A DNA stretch of 64,000 nucleotides from the human T2T-CHM13v2.0 reference genome, Homo sapiens, in the NCBI RefSeq assembly GCF_009914755.1, contig NC_060942.1. The stretch is one strand, 5' to 3'. Positions 12,410 through 27,110 of the stretch are shown piece by piece (position 1 is the first letter of the stretch; every line of letters begins with the position of its first letter). Under the pieces are notes generated by a model. The model had not been told where the DNA came from. It was given only the letters and a program-made list of their open reading frames with translations, and did no database searches. The position numbers and the translations under genes are program-made.

Positions 12410-14859
12410 ATGGCACAGTGCAGCCCATAAGGCCCTGTAACTTCAGAGAAAGGAAAGGCTTTGCAGTTTAGAGTAGCCAAGAAGCCTTCCTGGAGGAGGT
12501 GGAACCTGATCCGTCTCTGCAATGGGGCCAGCAGAGGGCAAGGGGAGAGCATTCCTGATAAGTGACTGAGCAGAGACAAAGGCCCAGAGGTAGGAGCAGA
12601 GAACACTGTTAGGAAAGAGGCCAAGCCAGGGAGGAAGGTGTGAGAAGCCAGTGAAGAATTAGAGCCAGTGCGCCAACTCTTCACTGCATCTGTGGCTGCA
12701 TCTTTGGATGTCTTGCATGCAGATGTACAGGCAGCAAGTCCAAGAGAGCGTGTTGCTGGAGGGACAGCCGGCGCACAGGCACGTGGCAGGAAGCACGTGG
12801 CAGGTGGAGGATGTGGAGGAAGCAAGTGCATGCTTGAGAGAAGGAGACTGGAAGACTGGAAGCTAAAAGGGGAAAGAGGGAAGGAGGTGAGGACAGGGTG
12901 TTTGAACAGATTCTGTATCTCCAAGTGTCCAGTGGAGCCTTGGATTTTGTCTTGAGTCCCAGAGCCCAGTTCCTACCCATTTAGTTGGAGTCTTGAGGAT
13001 TCTTGCCAGTGATTAAGTTTCCCCCATCAAAATAGGCTATGATGGAGACTTGAGATTCCCTTACCCAAAGGTGCCTGGGTCTGGTGAGAAGGAGGAGGCG
13101 CTCCCATTCCATCTCCAGTCCTCCCTGCGAGCTGCAGCCATCAATCTGGGACAGAGATACTAAACACTCCGTAAATGTTTGTGGATGGCCTCTTGGGGAG
13201 GGCTGGGCTGGTTGTGATCCTGTATGTCATGGGAAGCGGAGGAGTTGGAAAGGGCACACCCGGGTGGTCTGGTGGTTAGGATGGCCCCGTTCCTGGGAAT
13301 GGTTGCCACGAAGCATTTTCCCTGGCTTCTCCATAGAAGCGACTGTTCCTTCCCGGAGTGTTATGAAAACCTGCAATTACCAAGCCGCCTCTGGGTGCGA
13401 GCATTCAGACCTCCTCTTCTTTCTTCCAAGATACACTGAGTCAAGACCTGGTCAGTGCAGAAAGCGGGTTCCTCTCCCACATTCCGTCCCGCATAGCCCC
13501 ATGGGGCTGTGGTTAATGAGCTTGGTGATTATGTATTTCATGTCTGGGATGAGGAAGGTGAAGGGCTTGAGTGAATGCCTGTGCCTCTCCAAGTTCTGGA
13601 GCAAGCTGCCTTCTGCACTCGGCATGCTCTGGGACCACTCAGCAGATACCACCATGTCTCTGGGGTTTGGGGTCCCCTTCTTCCTCCAGCTGCACTGAGT
13701 GGAAGCCAGAGCTGTGCATAGAAGCTGGGAGAGGACTCAAGCAGGAATGTGCAATGCAGGGCTTCATGGAACGCTCCACCCAGACTGCCGCCTTGGGATG
13801 CCCAGAGTTTAGCTCTATCCTGTTCCTCCGATGATTTTCCTTCTGGGCATATATATTTCCTGGCCTCTTGCCTTTGCATGTGTGAGTCGTGATGGGGGTT
13901 GGGGGAAGAAGGAAAAACATATAGAATGGGTGGCTCCAGACTTGAAATTTTCACAGTGGAAGAGAGAATAAAAGCAACTCTTGTGGGTCAGGAAGTTTCT
14001 GGACCTGCCGCGCCATGGCCAGTGAGCCCCTAGGCCCCACATGGCCCTCCTGGGGAAGCTGACATTGGCCCGGCCTCAGGCGGGCAAAACATAAGGAGCC
14101 TCCTGTCAGGGCAGGCCAGGCACGGGGGCATGGCCTCTTTTTTCCTGGGAGAGCAGTCACCCCTCTGTCACCTGACCAGCTGCCCAGTCACTTGCTGCTG
14201 CACTCACGTTCACACAGCCGTGAACTCCCTAGAACTGCATCTGCTCAAACTGCTGCTTGACCCCTGCTTTGCATGCTTTCTTCTGCCTCCTGCTCACAGT
14301 CCTGTCTCCCTGATTCTCCACATGGCTCCATGTCACCCAGCAGTCCTGTGCCCCACTGCTGTGCAGAGAAGCCAGTGATGGCCCCTGCATGATGAGAGAC
14401 TCCTGTGTCTACATCCTTCCTCCAAGGAGAAGTTGGCTAGTTCTGTGGCTTGGCCGGGAGTGGGTTTGGGTCAGCTTCTGCACAGTGTCCATTTTAAGGC
14501 CAATGGTCAACATCTTGTCCAAGGTCCTCATTTTGCAGCAAGAGCTGGGCTCCCCAAGGTGGGACCCTTGCCATTAGTAGAGCCTGACTCCTAAGTCTCC
14601 AGCTCCTGCCCTGGTGCTGCTCCCAGCATCTCACAAGACCCCACTCTGTCACGAAGAAGCAGTGAGGTCATGATGTTCAGAAGAGGAAGAAACCACAAAA
14701 TAGCCTATTCTCTTGCAAGCTGCTGCACATGGAATTCTAGGGGCTCTTTGCCCCTTACCCAGAGTGGTAGGCCTTGCTGGAAAGCAGAATTGAACCACCT
14801 TGGAACAGGCAATTTTTAGAAATCAATCAGATGGATCAATTCATTAAAAAAGGTCATTC

Positions 14860-15165
14860 CTAAAAATCAAAAGCAGAAGGAAATACATGAACCTTACTAA
14901 TGTTAACTGAAAAAAAAAGCAAAGTAAGAAAAAGTATATGTAGTATGCTACTGTTTCTCTCTGAAAAGACAGATAGAAATATATATTCCTGCTTACTTAT
15001 ATTAACGATAATGAATGGATGGGTAAACATAAAACCAGTAAAGTGGTTATTTATGGGACACAGGGGAGTTAGTAGCACTAGATATCTCTGAACACCCTGT
15101 TTTGCAGATCTGACCTTACAACCATGTTAAATGTTTCACATAATTGTAAGTAGAAGTTAGATTGA
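14860..15165 (+). mobile_element. Old L1 (L1M/L1ME-type) 3' fragment
   Basis: A-rich, with aatgttaactgaaaaaaaaagcaaag...gtatatgtagtatgctac resembling old L1 3' ends. Confidence 0.45.
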
Positions 15166-15259
15166 TACAAAAACAAACCTTTTGCTACGCCTGAGAGGGC
15201 AGGCACCTGCATGAGCTAAGGCATCCAGACCGGCTCCTTGGGTAGCAGAGGGTCCCCCA

Positions 15260-16150
15260 GCCTTCTCAACATCCCACGGTGGGGTGTCTAATACACTTCT
15301 CAAAGTTGCATTTCCAAAACCAAGCTTCCATCTGCCCCAAGCCTGCCCCACTCCCTCTGTCTTCCCCATCTCAGACAACACAGCTTCATCCTTCTTGCAG
15401 TCGCTGAGGCCAGACACCTTGCAGACATTCTTGACTCCAGCCCTTCTCTCCACCCGCAGTGGACCATCAGCAGTTCCTGCGGGTCCCATCTTCAAAGCAG
15501 ATCCAGGATCTCCACCTCTTACTCCCTCTACTCCTGCCCGCTGGGCCAAGGCAGTGTGGGCTCTCACCGGGATTACTCCTATAACATTACTATCTTTGAT
15601 CTCACCTTTTTCAATGTCATTTCTTAGCTCAGAACCCTCCAGTGGTTCCCAATTTCATCCAGATAAGGGCCAAAGTCCTTTCAATGGTCTGCAAGGCCCC
15701 AGATGATCTAGCTCTCACCACCTCTCTGACCTCACCATCTGCCCTCCCCCTTCACACTCTGCACTCCCGCCACCCTGCCTTCCTGGGTGCCAGAAGTTCC
15801 ACCTCGGGGACTTTGCACTGGCTGTTCCCCCTCCCCGGATTGCTCTTCTCCTGGGTATTTGCATGGCTTCTCCCTCCCCTCCCTCAAGTCTTGGCTGCTC
15901 CATGTCACCTTCTCAGGGAGGCCTGTCTTAACCATTCCACCTAAAAAGGCAGTCTCCACCAGGGGTGCCCCCACCATACACCAGCATTCCCAGTTCTTCC
16001 AGCTTCCCACTTCCGTAGGCCTTCCCACGCTCTGGCATTCTCCATGGTGCATTTGTTCTGTTTATCTTCTGCATCTCCCCGCTGGGTGATGAGCTGAGCC
16101 TGGCATGAGTAAATGCTCACTAAACCACTGTCGAGTAAGTGAATGAATGG
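15260..16150 (+). mobile_element. L2 LINE 3' portion
   Basis: L2-like motifs (tccaaaaccaagct, tcttccccatctcag, aaccctccagtggttccc, gactttgcactggctgttccc, tgtcaccttctcagggaggcct) ending in gagtaaatgctcactaa...gtgaatgaatg. Confidence 0.8.
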
Positions 16151-17309
16151 ACAAGAAGGTAGCCAGCCCTGCTCAAAAGCACTTACTTTATCCTCTCAGG
16201 GCCTTTCAGCACCTCGCTTAGGGACCTGCCCAGCTCCTTGGGCTACCTCCCATCCTGCAGTTCCCCTCCTGAGACCAGACATAAGACACCCCAGGAAGTC
16301 TTAGCCTCAGAGTCCAGATTTGAAGCAGAAGGAAAGGTCAGCTCCCACTGTCCACCCTGAATAGCCGGTCCCCCTGTCTCTAAGTCTTCTCCCACCTCCC
16401 AGGGCCTGTGACATTGCAGAGATGTGAGTGTCCTCATCTGGGTGGGAGTCATTACTCTTCATACTCCCCATCACCAGTGGGACAGCCAAGATTCCTCCCG
16501 GCATAGGAGCCTTCAGGACAGAGCAGAGGGAGTTGTGGGGCAGAGTTAGCACAGGCCACAGTGGGTTATTGAGGGAAACTGGGGTGTCAGAAGGACAGAC
16601 CTAACCCCCAAGCTGGATGTCAGGCAAATGCACTCCCGTGTCGTGGCCCATGACGCCTTTGTGAAGGACGGAACCCCTGCCTGATGGGCCACTGCGGGGA
16701 GGTTTTCAGTTGGACTTGACGGCCCTTCACTCACCTGGTGGGGTGTGGTGGGACGGGCCACAGTACAAACCCTGCTCTGGCCCTGGCTCTGCCCTTGCTC
16801 ACTCTCTGGCCTGTGGACGAACCTCTCTGCCTCTTCCCAGTCACTTCATCTTTGAAGAGACTGTCATCACCGCCACTCACAGGGCAGCAGTGGAGACTGA
16901 GTGAGCCTGTGCTGAGGGTGCTGCACCCATACTGGGTGGTTAGCATTTCAAAATGGCGGCCCGGCAGATTGGCCCTTGGCGGGGCCCTTCCCAGGGGCCA
17001 CTGGAAGCTGAGAGGCCTGTGGGGCACAGCTCTGTCATACATTGTGGTTTCAAAGCCCACAAATTCCTTTAGTAATTCCTCTGCTCTGGAATCATAGGAG
17101 GGAGTTGTGCTGGTAGTTGGAATATTTACCCGTCGGCTCCTCTCCCTCCCGTCTTCCTCCCTTTCCCTGGATGTCTGCCTGGCCATCTGCAGTGGCCCAG
17201 GTGACCTTCTGCTTATGTGCTGTGGGGTCTACCAGGCTATTGCATTTAATAAACTCTTAAGAGCATGTCTCCTGTGTTTGAAGGACTCTACAAATATCAA
17301 TGCACATTG

Positions 17310-17470
17310 TCAGTACAACCACCCTTTAAGGTAGGTGCTATTATGTTCACATCTTACAGGTGAGAGAAGTGAGGCAGAGAGCAGTTCTGTAACTTGCCTG
17401 GGGTTATACAGCAAGTCAGAGGCAAAGCCAGGGCCTGGATGCAGGCAGGCTGCCATAGAGTCCAGGCTCG
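17310..17470 (-). mobile_element. MIR SINE
   Basis: acaaccaccctttaaggtaggtgctattatgttcacatcttacaggtgagagaagtgaggcagagag...aacttgcctgggg. Confidence 0.75.
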
Positions 17471-18194
17471 GGCAATTCCCCTTCTTTCTCTCTCTGCTCA
17501 GCCCCTTGGGACCTCTCTTGGCAGCCTGTGACCCAGCCGTAGCCCTGCCCCTGAAGCCCAGTTCTGACCATCCAGCTTCCAAACTAAGAGATGGCCCCCT
17601 GTAGCCAGGTTCCTGCCCTTCCCCCTACCATCGACCTCCAGAGTCCTCCAAAACCTGGCCCAACCTAACTTTCCAGAACCTCTTCCTGCAACCCCACCCT
17701 CACTGGCCATGCACCTGGTGTCTCCATCGGCTGGGCCTCCGTACTCTCTGACCATGCCTGGGCCTTCCCTGCTGGACTGTCCTTTCTCCAGAAACCTCAC
17801 CCAGGCTGCAAGTCCCAGATCTGCTCTTAGCAGAATGGTCAGGGTGAGACTGGTGTTCCTCAGTTTACTCTGGCAGTTTTATGCCTGAGGACCAGGAGCA
17901 AGAAGTATTTTATATCCATCACTCAGGATGTCCTGGGCTACTCAGGCCTTGCCCTTGTCCTGCCTTGACTGTCACCTCTTCCCCCACCACGCACCTTGTT
18001 CTTTTGTGTCCCCAGGGAGCAGAGATGCTCTGGCTTTGGAAGGAGTGGACTCCAGCTCCTGGGACCTCTGCCTACCCGTGGTCAACTCATTAAAACCATT
18101 AAAAAAATTCCTCATGGGTTCTAGAAATATTACAGTGTTTTATTTGTAATATTTATCTAGCCCTGCATGCCCCGACCCTGCCAAGTCCAGAAAT

Positions 18195-18420
18195 ATAGCA
18201 TCGTGGTTAAGAGTGTAGGCTCTCCTCAGCTTCCAGCTTTCTAGCTGTGTGACCTGGGGCAAGTTACTTCACTTCTTTATGCCTGTTTCATCAGCTATAA
18301 AATGAGGACAATAATGCCACTGTCTACCCCATAGAATTGTGGTGATGATTGAATAAGCACATTTGTGTTCTTAGAATAGTGCCTTGGACAGAGAAAGCAC
18401 CATGCACGTCATTCATTATC
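18195..18420 (+). mobile_element. MIR SINE
   Basis: atagcatcgtggttaagagtgtaggct...ctagctgtgtgacctggggcaagttacttcacttct...tataaaatgagga. Confidence 0.8.
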
Positions 18421-18709
18421 ATGGTGGTTGTTGTTATTATTGTTAGAGAAGAGAACTGGGGCCCAGAGAGGTGTTTCCTCTAAGCCAGTGTCACACAGCT
18501 AACAGCCACAGGTTGGAGTGGAGCCAGCAGCCTGCCTCTCCAGCCAGGGTCTGCTCTTTACTCTGCCCCCCCCCCCTCCTTGGTACATGTTGCCAGGCAG
18601 TGGGTACTCCGTGAGCTTAAAATACCCAGGTGCTACCCTACCCCACCCTGTGTCCTGCCAGCTCTGCCAGCACTGACCTGGCCCACTCCATCAGCCAAGT
18701 GACCAGGGC

Positions 18710-19013
18710 TTTTTTTTTTTTTTTTTTTTGAGGCGGAGTCTTGTTCTGTCATCCAGGCTTGGAGTGCAGTGTTGCAGTCTCTGCTCACTGCAACCTCCGC
18801 CCCCCAGGTTCAAGTATTCTTCTGCCTCAGCCTCCTGAAGAGCTGGGATTACAGGCATATACCACCATGCCTGGCTAATTTTTTTGTATTTTTAGTAGGG
18901 ATGAGATTTTGCCATGTTGGCCAGGCTGGTCTCAAACTCCTGACCTCAGGTGATCCTCCTGCCTTGGCCTCCCAACCTGCTGGGATTACAGGTATGAACC
19001 ACCATGCCCGGCC
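18710..19013 (-). mobile_element. Full-length AluS element, antisense
   Basis: Poly-T, then gaggcggagtcttg...ctcctgacctcaggtgatcc...accatgcccggcc. Near-TSD gaccagggc / gaccaaggc. Confidence 0.97.
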
Positions 19014-19889
19014 GACCAAGGCCATCTTTAAGAGGCCTGGCTCAGTTTCCCACCCAAAAGAAGTGGACTTATGGGGCTGAGAGCCTCCCACTCTGCTGTC
19101 CTCTCGTCATCTTCATCTTCCCTTGGGCCACACTCAGCACAAGAAGGGAGCACAGGGCGCCTCCCGGGGAACAGAGAGCCAGCGAGTGCCACTGGGACCA
19201 AGGGCTTGACACCTGCCTCCTTGTCCCCCAGCTCAGAAACCACTTACCAGGGCTCCTGACCCACAGCAAAAATCTAAACATTCATTTCCAGTGGAGCTCA
19301 ATACCATCTGCAGAAAGCCAGGCAGGGGCAGAAGAACAGGATGTGGTCCCTGCCTGCCTCCAGGGATGAGCTGTGGACATAGGCCATAAACAAGGAGACA
19401 TTTACTCTCAACACTAGGAAAAGGTCCTGGGACAGACAGGGCTTTTCTCATGGGCCAGGGTGACCAGGACCGTTTCCCGAAGGAGACAACACACGAGCTC
19501 CTCAAGAACCAAGAGAAGATGTGTTGAGGCAAAGATGAGTGGGGTGGGAGTTCCTGCAGGGGAATGGCGTGGGTGCTCATAGGGGAAAAGAAAGGAGCAG
19601 GGCAGGTTACAGCACAGTGTGCAGGGTGCCCCGGGATTCTTCTCAAGTCTTGAGGCTCCCCAGAGGGCAAGCAGAGGAATCCAAACCCTTGTGGATGCTC
19701 CCCAAAGGGGCTGCAGACCCGCCTCTAAGAGGCTGAACCTGCCACAGGAACCGTAGCAATGCCAGAGGAGGCACCTTCTGCATTCGGGCCTCCTTGGTTC
19801 ACACGCAGACAGCGAGAGCACCATGCCCAGAGTCCTGACTTATCACTGCTGCCATTTCCCGAGTGAGTGATGACAGCAGCAGCGGGATC

Positions 19890-20080
19890 AACTTATTGAG
19901 CCTTGCTCTGTGTCAGAGCCAAGGCGCAGCTCATTTAACCCTCAGAAGCCAGTGCAATAGACTTTATCATCATTATTTCACAAATGGAGAAACTGAGGCA
20001 TGGACAGTAAGCGCCTTGCCCAGGGGCCCATGCTAGAAAGTAACTGGGTCCAGAGTCTGTCTGGGTCCAGTGTCTGGCTC
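19890..20080 (-). mobile_element. MIR SINE
   Basis: tcatttaaccctcagaagcc...attatttcacaaatggagaaactgaggca...cttgcccaggg. Confidence 0.75.
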
Positions 20081-21709
20081 TCCCTGCTTCTGCCAGGGGT
20101 ATTGGGGTGTTTTTTCATCTTTAAACAGTGCAGTGTGAGTCCTTGCCTATGGGCATGGGGTGAGCATCGGGGCTTCACGGAGATGGGAGCAGCACACCCA
20201 GGACTTGGCCCCTCCACCAGTCTATCACTCAGCAGCCCAGAGAGCCACTCTGGTGGTTTTGCCCATTACACATTTTAAATTATTTTTATTCTTAGTCAAA
20301 TATTTAATTTTTTACCCATAATGGACAGTTGGTTAAAGGCAGGAAGCATTAAAGAACACTGATATTAAAAGGCTGGTTCATGAGGAACACGTAAGTGGTA
20401 ATAATTCTGCACATATGCCTCAGGGTGCTCTGGCCGGATCTGCAAGCCTCATTCATCTGGTCAGAGTTCTCGTGTGGCAGCTCCTGCAGCTTGCAGAGCT
20501 TCACAACCCCGGGCTGGAGGCAGACAGGGCCCAACACCCATCTGACTCTGTGTCCACACGGAGCCAAGGCCCTCCTCACTCACGTCGTGCAATTTGGACA
20601 GAAGCACTTCTTAAAAACTCTCGGGTCTCAGCATTTAGAAACAAAGCAAGAATATTACAAAATCAAACCAGTTGACTTTCATTTTTTTAGAAAAACATAA
20701 AATTCAAGAATTCCAAACAGCGGGCCATGAAATCAGTTTTTGCTTTTTGTTTCTTTTTATGCCTTATATAGTCAAACTTTAGCCTGCAGTTTAGTGTGTA
20801 CTGATGCCAAAGCCACAATGTAATGGTAATATGTCATTTTGAAATTTCTTTGTAGAAAATCATGCTTTTGCTTTTACAACTCGTTTACAATAAATGAAGA
20901 AGAATGCATCACTTGATAATTGGCAGAAGGCTAAATTTTGCCTGTATTCATAAATGTTATTAAAGATCGGGTTAAACACAAACCTTGTAATTCACTTCCA
21001 ATAACATATCAATCTAAAAACTGTATTTGACATAAAATAACTTCTTTATCTGGTAGTACCAAAAATAACAATTTTTTTTTTAACACTTAAGAGTGTTTCC
21101 AAGAGAAAATATTATGGTGAGAGGAATTCTCAAATCCCAAAGAGTCAAGCAAGATTCAGCTGTGGCAGCCCTCTAAACTGCCCCAGTTTTCATGAAGGTA
21201 AAAATAAGAATAATGAGAATTCATCCTTTTCCCTCCCGTTGAGGGGCTAAGTCTCCTGGTAAGTGCCTTATAGGCCCACCCCTGAGAGGAGGGGCGTACT
21301 TTGAGAAATTTGACCACAAGTGCTTTCCAGAAGGTCAAACTGACTTGCTTATGGTGAGTGCTGGTACACAGGCCCTCCCAAGTTCCCCAAGATGTGGGAG
21401 GGTTTGGCCACCCTTCAGACTGTGCCCAGACACTCAAGTTCCATTAGGGATTCTATTGGTTCCAAGTACACAGATGCACAATGAGCTCTGTGTTCAACCC
21501 TGGTAGCGCCATCCTACGGTGAGGGGTCTCTGCAGTTTCACCTCCTGCTAGGTGCAGCAGGACCCCCTTGTGTCAATTTTATTGTATTTCATTTGGTTTG
21601 CCTGGTGCGTAAAAAATTGACTTAAGAAAAATTGCCACCAAGCCTTTGTTGAGATTGGCATTTCTTCTCGAATGGCCTCTTCCCTCCTCCCTTTTAACTA
21701 AATCCTGCT

Positions 21710-22880
<1,171 letters not shown>

Positions 22881-24915
22881 AAGCCTTTCATTGACTTTTA
22901 ACTCCCTGCTCTAAGCCTCAGGACCTCAGCATTTGGGAACTAGGAGAGCAGGTCCTTGTCCCAGAATACACGGGCTGTCTCCTAGCTGAGTGGTGTTTAA
23001 TGTGAAGGTTATCAGCGTCCTGCTACAAGTCCCTTGTATTTTGGAAGGTTCTAGACAAAGAAACTATCTGCTGGGGAGCCATGTCCCAAGATGGCTGGGC
23101 TGGGGGTTCCACTATGCATGAAGCCTTGAGGAGTCCTCTCTGTGATAACGTCTCACCATGGCCCCATCAGTTCCACCAGCCCTGGCTGAAAAACGTGGCC
23201 CAGGGGAGGCCCTACTCCAGCTAACTCCGTTTCACATTTCCTCTCCTTCCCAGGATGGAAAAACAGCCCTTCAGGGACAAGCGAACCTGTCAGTAATTAA
23301 GTCATGAGTGGAGGAGGCAGTCCCAGAAGGGTGGCTGGGCTGTGAGGCCTAATGGAGTGAGGCGGCTGGCGGCGTTCTCCGCCAAGAGCCTGGAGGCTCC
23401 ACAGCCCAGGAAGCCCAACCGGCTCCTCTGTGTCCCATCTGTGGGGCCATCTTTGCTTCACGTAGGGGCCTTTCCCCAAGAAGGGCTGGACAAGGTTTAT
23501 CATCATCCTGTGGTCAGCACTTTTAGCTTGGGCTGTTACCTGTTTTCCAGCCCCCAGGCACACCCATGACACCTGCCTGCTCTCAGAGGTGCCCCAGGCT
23601 CCACACTTTCCCTCTTGAAAAGTGTCTCTCTTGTGCTGCCCTCCTCTGAGATGCTTATGTTTGGGACACCAGGGTCACAGCTTGCTGGCCTGATGAAGTA
23701 CTCCGTGCATACTGATTGAAGTGAGAACGTGTGGGGAGGGTCTTGATGGATGGGGAAGATCAGGCGCAGGGACAAGCAGATGCGGCACTATGATGGTGGC
23801 ACCACCTCTCTAGCTCTTGCCTGGTAGACAGGAGGTCCAGGCTGGCCAGGAGGAGTCAGGAATTAGGTGAGAGGGAGCATTGTCACCAAAGGTTTCAGGT
23901 CAGAGCGTGGCAAGATGATAGTCACGGCCACATAGCAGGATGGAGGGGAGAGGCCTCAGTGTGGCATGGTCTCTTCATCCAGAAACAGAGACTTTGAAGG
24001 TCTGGGTCAAAAATGCCAAGTCCAGCCCCCTGGCCCCTGACCCAGGAGGGAGCTGAGTTCCCCTGCAGTCTTAGGGGGATCCTCCCATCCCCACTACTTC
24101 TCTGTCTCCATCCCACCTGCAACCACTGCTGGTGTCTCTACTCTTCTCCTTTTTAAGGGTATTCCTCTCAGTTATGTGGGTCCTTCCACTACCTCACGTC
24201 CTCCAGGAAGCCCTCCCTAACCTCACCCCGAGAACTCACCAGACCCCATGTCTCGCCACATGCTGTCGTAGATGGTTCTTTGAGTAGACATAGCAATTTT
24301 GCCGCTAGATTTTAAGATCCCCAAGGGCGGGAACCATATGTTATGTTGCTTTGTGGCTACCTGAGCCCCGACACGTAACAAATACACCAGAGTTTGATCA
24401 GATTTTAGGATTGCAAAGGAAGACTCCAAAGCTGGTATGTGGCTCTACCCAGATCTCAGGGGAGAGGCCAGCCTGAGAAGCAATATTCTTCATTCGTTAG
24501 CTCAAACGTGGTTTTCAATGAATCAAGAATAAACTATGATGGATGAGGAAGCCACCATCGGCCAGCTTGCCAACTGGTGCTGAGCCTCCAGCGCCCCATC
24601 TTCTGCCCCAGCAAGCTCCCCAGTAGGTTCCTGGCTAAGAAACTTGGGAAACCCCAGTAGGCAGGCTTGCATGGAGGGCCTGTAGCCAGAAGTAGAGAGG
24701 TACGCTGGGCAGGGGAAGGGCCTGCACTGGAGCCAACAGGGTGGCGGCCCACATGCAGCTCAGGCCACTGAGGCATGTTCATTGTCCTAGGGAAGCTCCC
24801 GACAACTTGGAGTCCTGGGGTCACTACTCAGTTTCATGCCCAGGCCTTGAAGTGAAACACTTCATTCAGAAAGTTTAGGAGAAGAGAAATTGGCTTGTTC
24901 AAGAGGATTTTGCTA

Positions 24916-25245
24916 CCAGGGGCTGCGGCTCACGCTTGTAATCCCAGCGCTCTGAGAGGCCAAGGTAGAAGGATTGCTTCAGCCCAGGAGTTCAAGACCA
25001 GCATGGGCAACATAGCAAAACTCCTGTCTCTACAAAAATTTAAAAAAAAAAAAAAATTAGCCAGTCATGATGTCACGAGCCTGTAGTCCTCGCTACTTGG
25101 GACGCTGAGGTGGGAGGATCACCTGAGCCCTGGAGGTCAAGGTTGCATGAACTGTGATCATGCCACTGCACTCCAGCCTGGGTAACAGAGCAAAAACCAA
25201 AACCCTGACTCTAAGAAATAATAATAATAATTATTATTATTATTT
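24916..25245 (+). mobile_element. AluJ-like element with (AAT)n(ATT)n tail
   Basis: ggctcacgcttgtaatcccagc...ggattgcttcagcccaggagttcaagaccagc.tgggcaacatagc...gaggtgggaggatcacctgagccc (J-type features). Confidence 0.92.
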
Positions 25246-25829
25246 AACAAAAAAAAGGAGGTTTTTGTCATCAGCTGCAAGTCACCCCCATTGACGGCCA
25301 AAGTAATGGAGAAAGCAGCCCTTTCCACCAGTCCCAAGATGGACTTTGACGAATTAAAATGCCCAATCCTTTGCATTTTCTCAGCTATTCCTACTAGATT
25401 ATTTTAAATAGCAGTGAGGAAGTTCTTCTAGAAGAGCGCAGATGGGTCAGTCTCTTGGAGTGAAGAGCATAGGGGCGAGACGGGGGTTCGGGCCCTGGTC
25501 CTGGATGGGCTTTCTGCTCAACCTCTCCCAAGGGGGAAAGGCTCCCCTAGGGTTGCTGTGAGGATCAAGGGTGAGCATGTGTGCCCCCAGCAGGTGGGGG
25601 CCACTCAGTGTTTGTTAAATCTGAGTACCATGGTGACTTGGGATGAAGGGAGGGAGGGAAGGAGGGAGGGATAATGATGGTGCTAAATTGAGTATCACTA
25701 TACCTTTACTCCACCTTCACTCCAGCCCTGAGAGTGGAAGGAAAGCCAGAAGCCTAGAGGTGTGGGACAGCATGGGATAATGGAGGCAGGCCCATTCCCT
25801 GGGAAGGCACCTCCCGAAGATCAGCGCAC

Positions 25830-25975
25830 CCCATCCTCACAGCTACCATGTGCATAGCTGTTGTGAGGTCCGTTTGATTGATAAGATAACAGAGGGGCAG
25901 AGAAGTTAAGTGACTTGTCCAAGACCACCCAGCTAGACCAAGGCAAAACCAGCATATGAACCCAAGGGTGTCCAG
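25830..25975 (-). mobile_element. MIR fragment
   Basis: gataacagaggggcagagaagttaagtgacttgtccaagaccacccagctag. Confidence 0.7.
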
Positions 25976-26139
25976 CTTTCAAGTTTTTACCACATCAGGC
26001 TTTCTCTCCAGATGAGAACTTCTTAGAGGGCTGCTGAGGTCCAGGAGGGCTTCCTGGATGAGGTGCTGGTTGCAGAATGGGCAACAGCTGACTAGTGAGG
26101 TATAGGGCACTGCAGTTTCTAACTGTTGGTCAGTGATCA

Positions 26140-26240
26140 GACATCTCCCATGACAGGAAGCTCACCATGTCCCCAGACAGACCCCTCTGTTGCAGGGCAG
26201 CCCTCCCCATGAGAAAGTTCCTTCATTAAGTGAGCCCAGG
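26140..26240. mobile_element. L3/CR1 LINE fragment
   Basis: catctcccatgacaggaagctcaccatgtccccagacag...gagaaagttccttc resembles the CR1/L3 3' region. Confidence 0.45.
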
Positions 26241-26899
26241 CTGCATCTCTGCATCTCTGAGCCTTCCCTCCACTGGCCCCTTCTCCCCAGCCCTCTTTTA
26301 TTAGACAGGCTCCATGATTGGTCGCACCTGGGATTTTAAATAACTTTTAGGCGACTTTCTGTCCATGTGCCTTCCTCTTGGTCCTAGCTTTTCTAGTTTA
26401 AGGGCTGTTCCACCACACCAAGGTGGTAAGATTAAAACAGGCAAGGAAAGAGTGACTTCCGGGAGAGCAACTTCCAGGTCAATCAACTCGTAGGGTGAGT
26501 GAGACAGCAGAGGGCCAGCTAAGGCCCATCAGCCAGGGTGCCGAGGCCAGCTGTGGTGGATTCGAATGGCCAGGCTTTGGGCTGGGGATAAAGGAAGTCA
26601 CTGAAGGTGGACCCCAAGCTGCGAGGACCCCATCACAGTATTTCCCTCGGGATGATGGTAGTGAATGTTGGGTGATGAAGACTTTCATGGTGGGAAACTA
26701 TGCCCAAAGCTCAGCCCTTAGAGCCCAAAATCAGAACAGAAGCCAGGCATCCTGAGGTCTCTTCCTTGACCTAACATTTGAAACAGCCCCTGTCTTCCCA
26801 TCTGTACTATGGGTGCACAGTGTGATCCCTCCCTCTGCATAGCTGGAGGATTCATGCTCTGTTGCTTGGAAAACCCATGGCATAATAATATTACAAACA

Positions 26900-27110
26900 A
26901 ACACTAATATAGCACTTGTATCAAGTCCTTTAAAACTCACAAGAACCCTATGAGATGGGTGTTCTATTTGTTCCCATTTTATAGGGGAAGAAGCTAAGGC
27001 ACAGAGCAGTTAAGGAACTTGCCCAAAGTTGCACAGCTAAAAGTGTAGCGTCAGGATTTGAACTCTGGGGATCTGGCTCCAAAGTCCACACTTCAAACTA
27101 CCACGAACTA
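26900..27110 (-). mobile_element. MIR SINE
   Basis: ctcacaagaaccctatgagatgggtg...cccattttataggggaagaagctaaggcacagagcagttaaggaacttgcccaaagttgcacagctaa...ggatttgaactc. Confidence 0.85.

Noticed and set aside
12175-12924. 249-aa minus-strand ORF and overlapping Cys/Val/Tyr-rich ORFs
   Set aside because: Driven by the TG/CA low-complexity tract. No recognisable domain.
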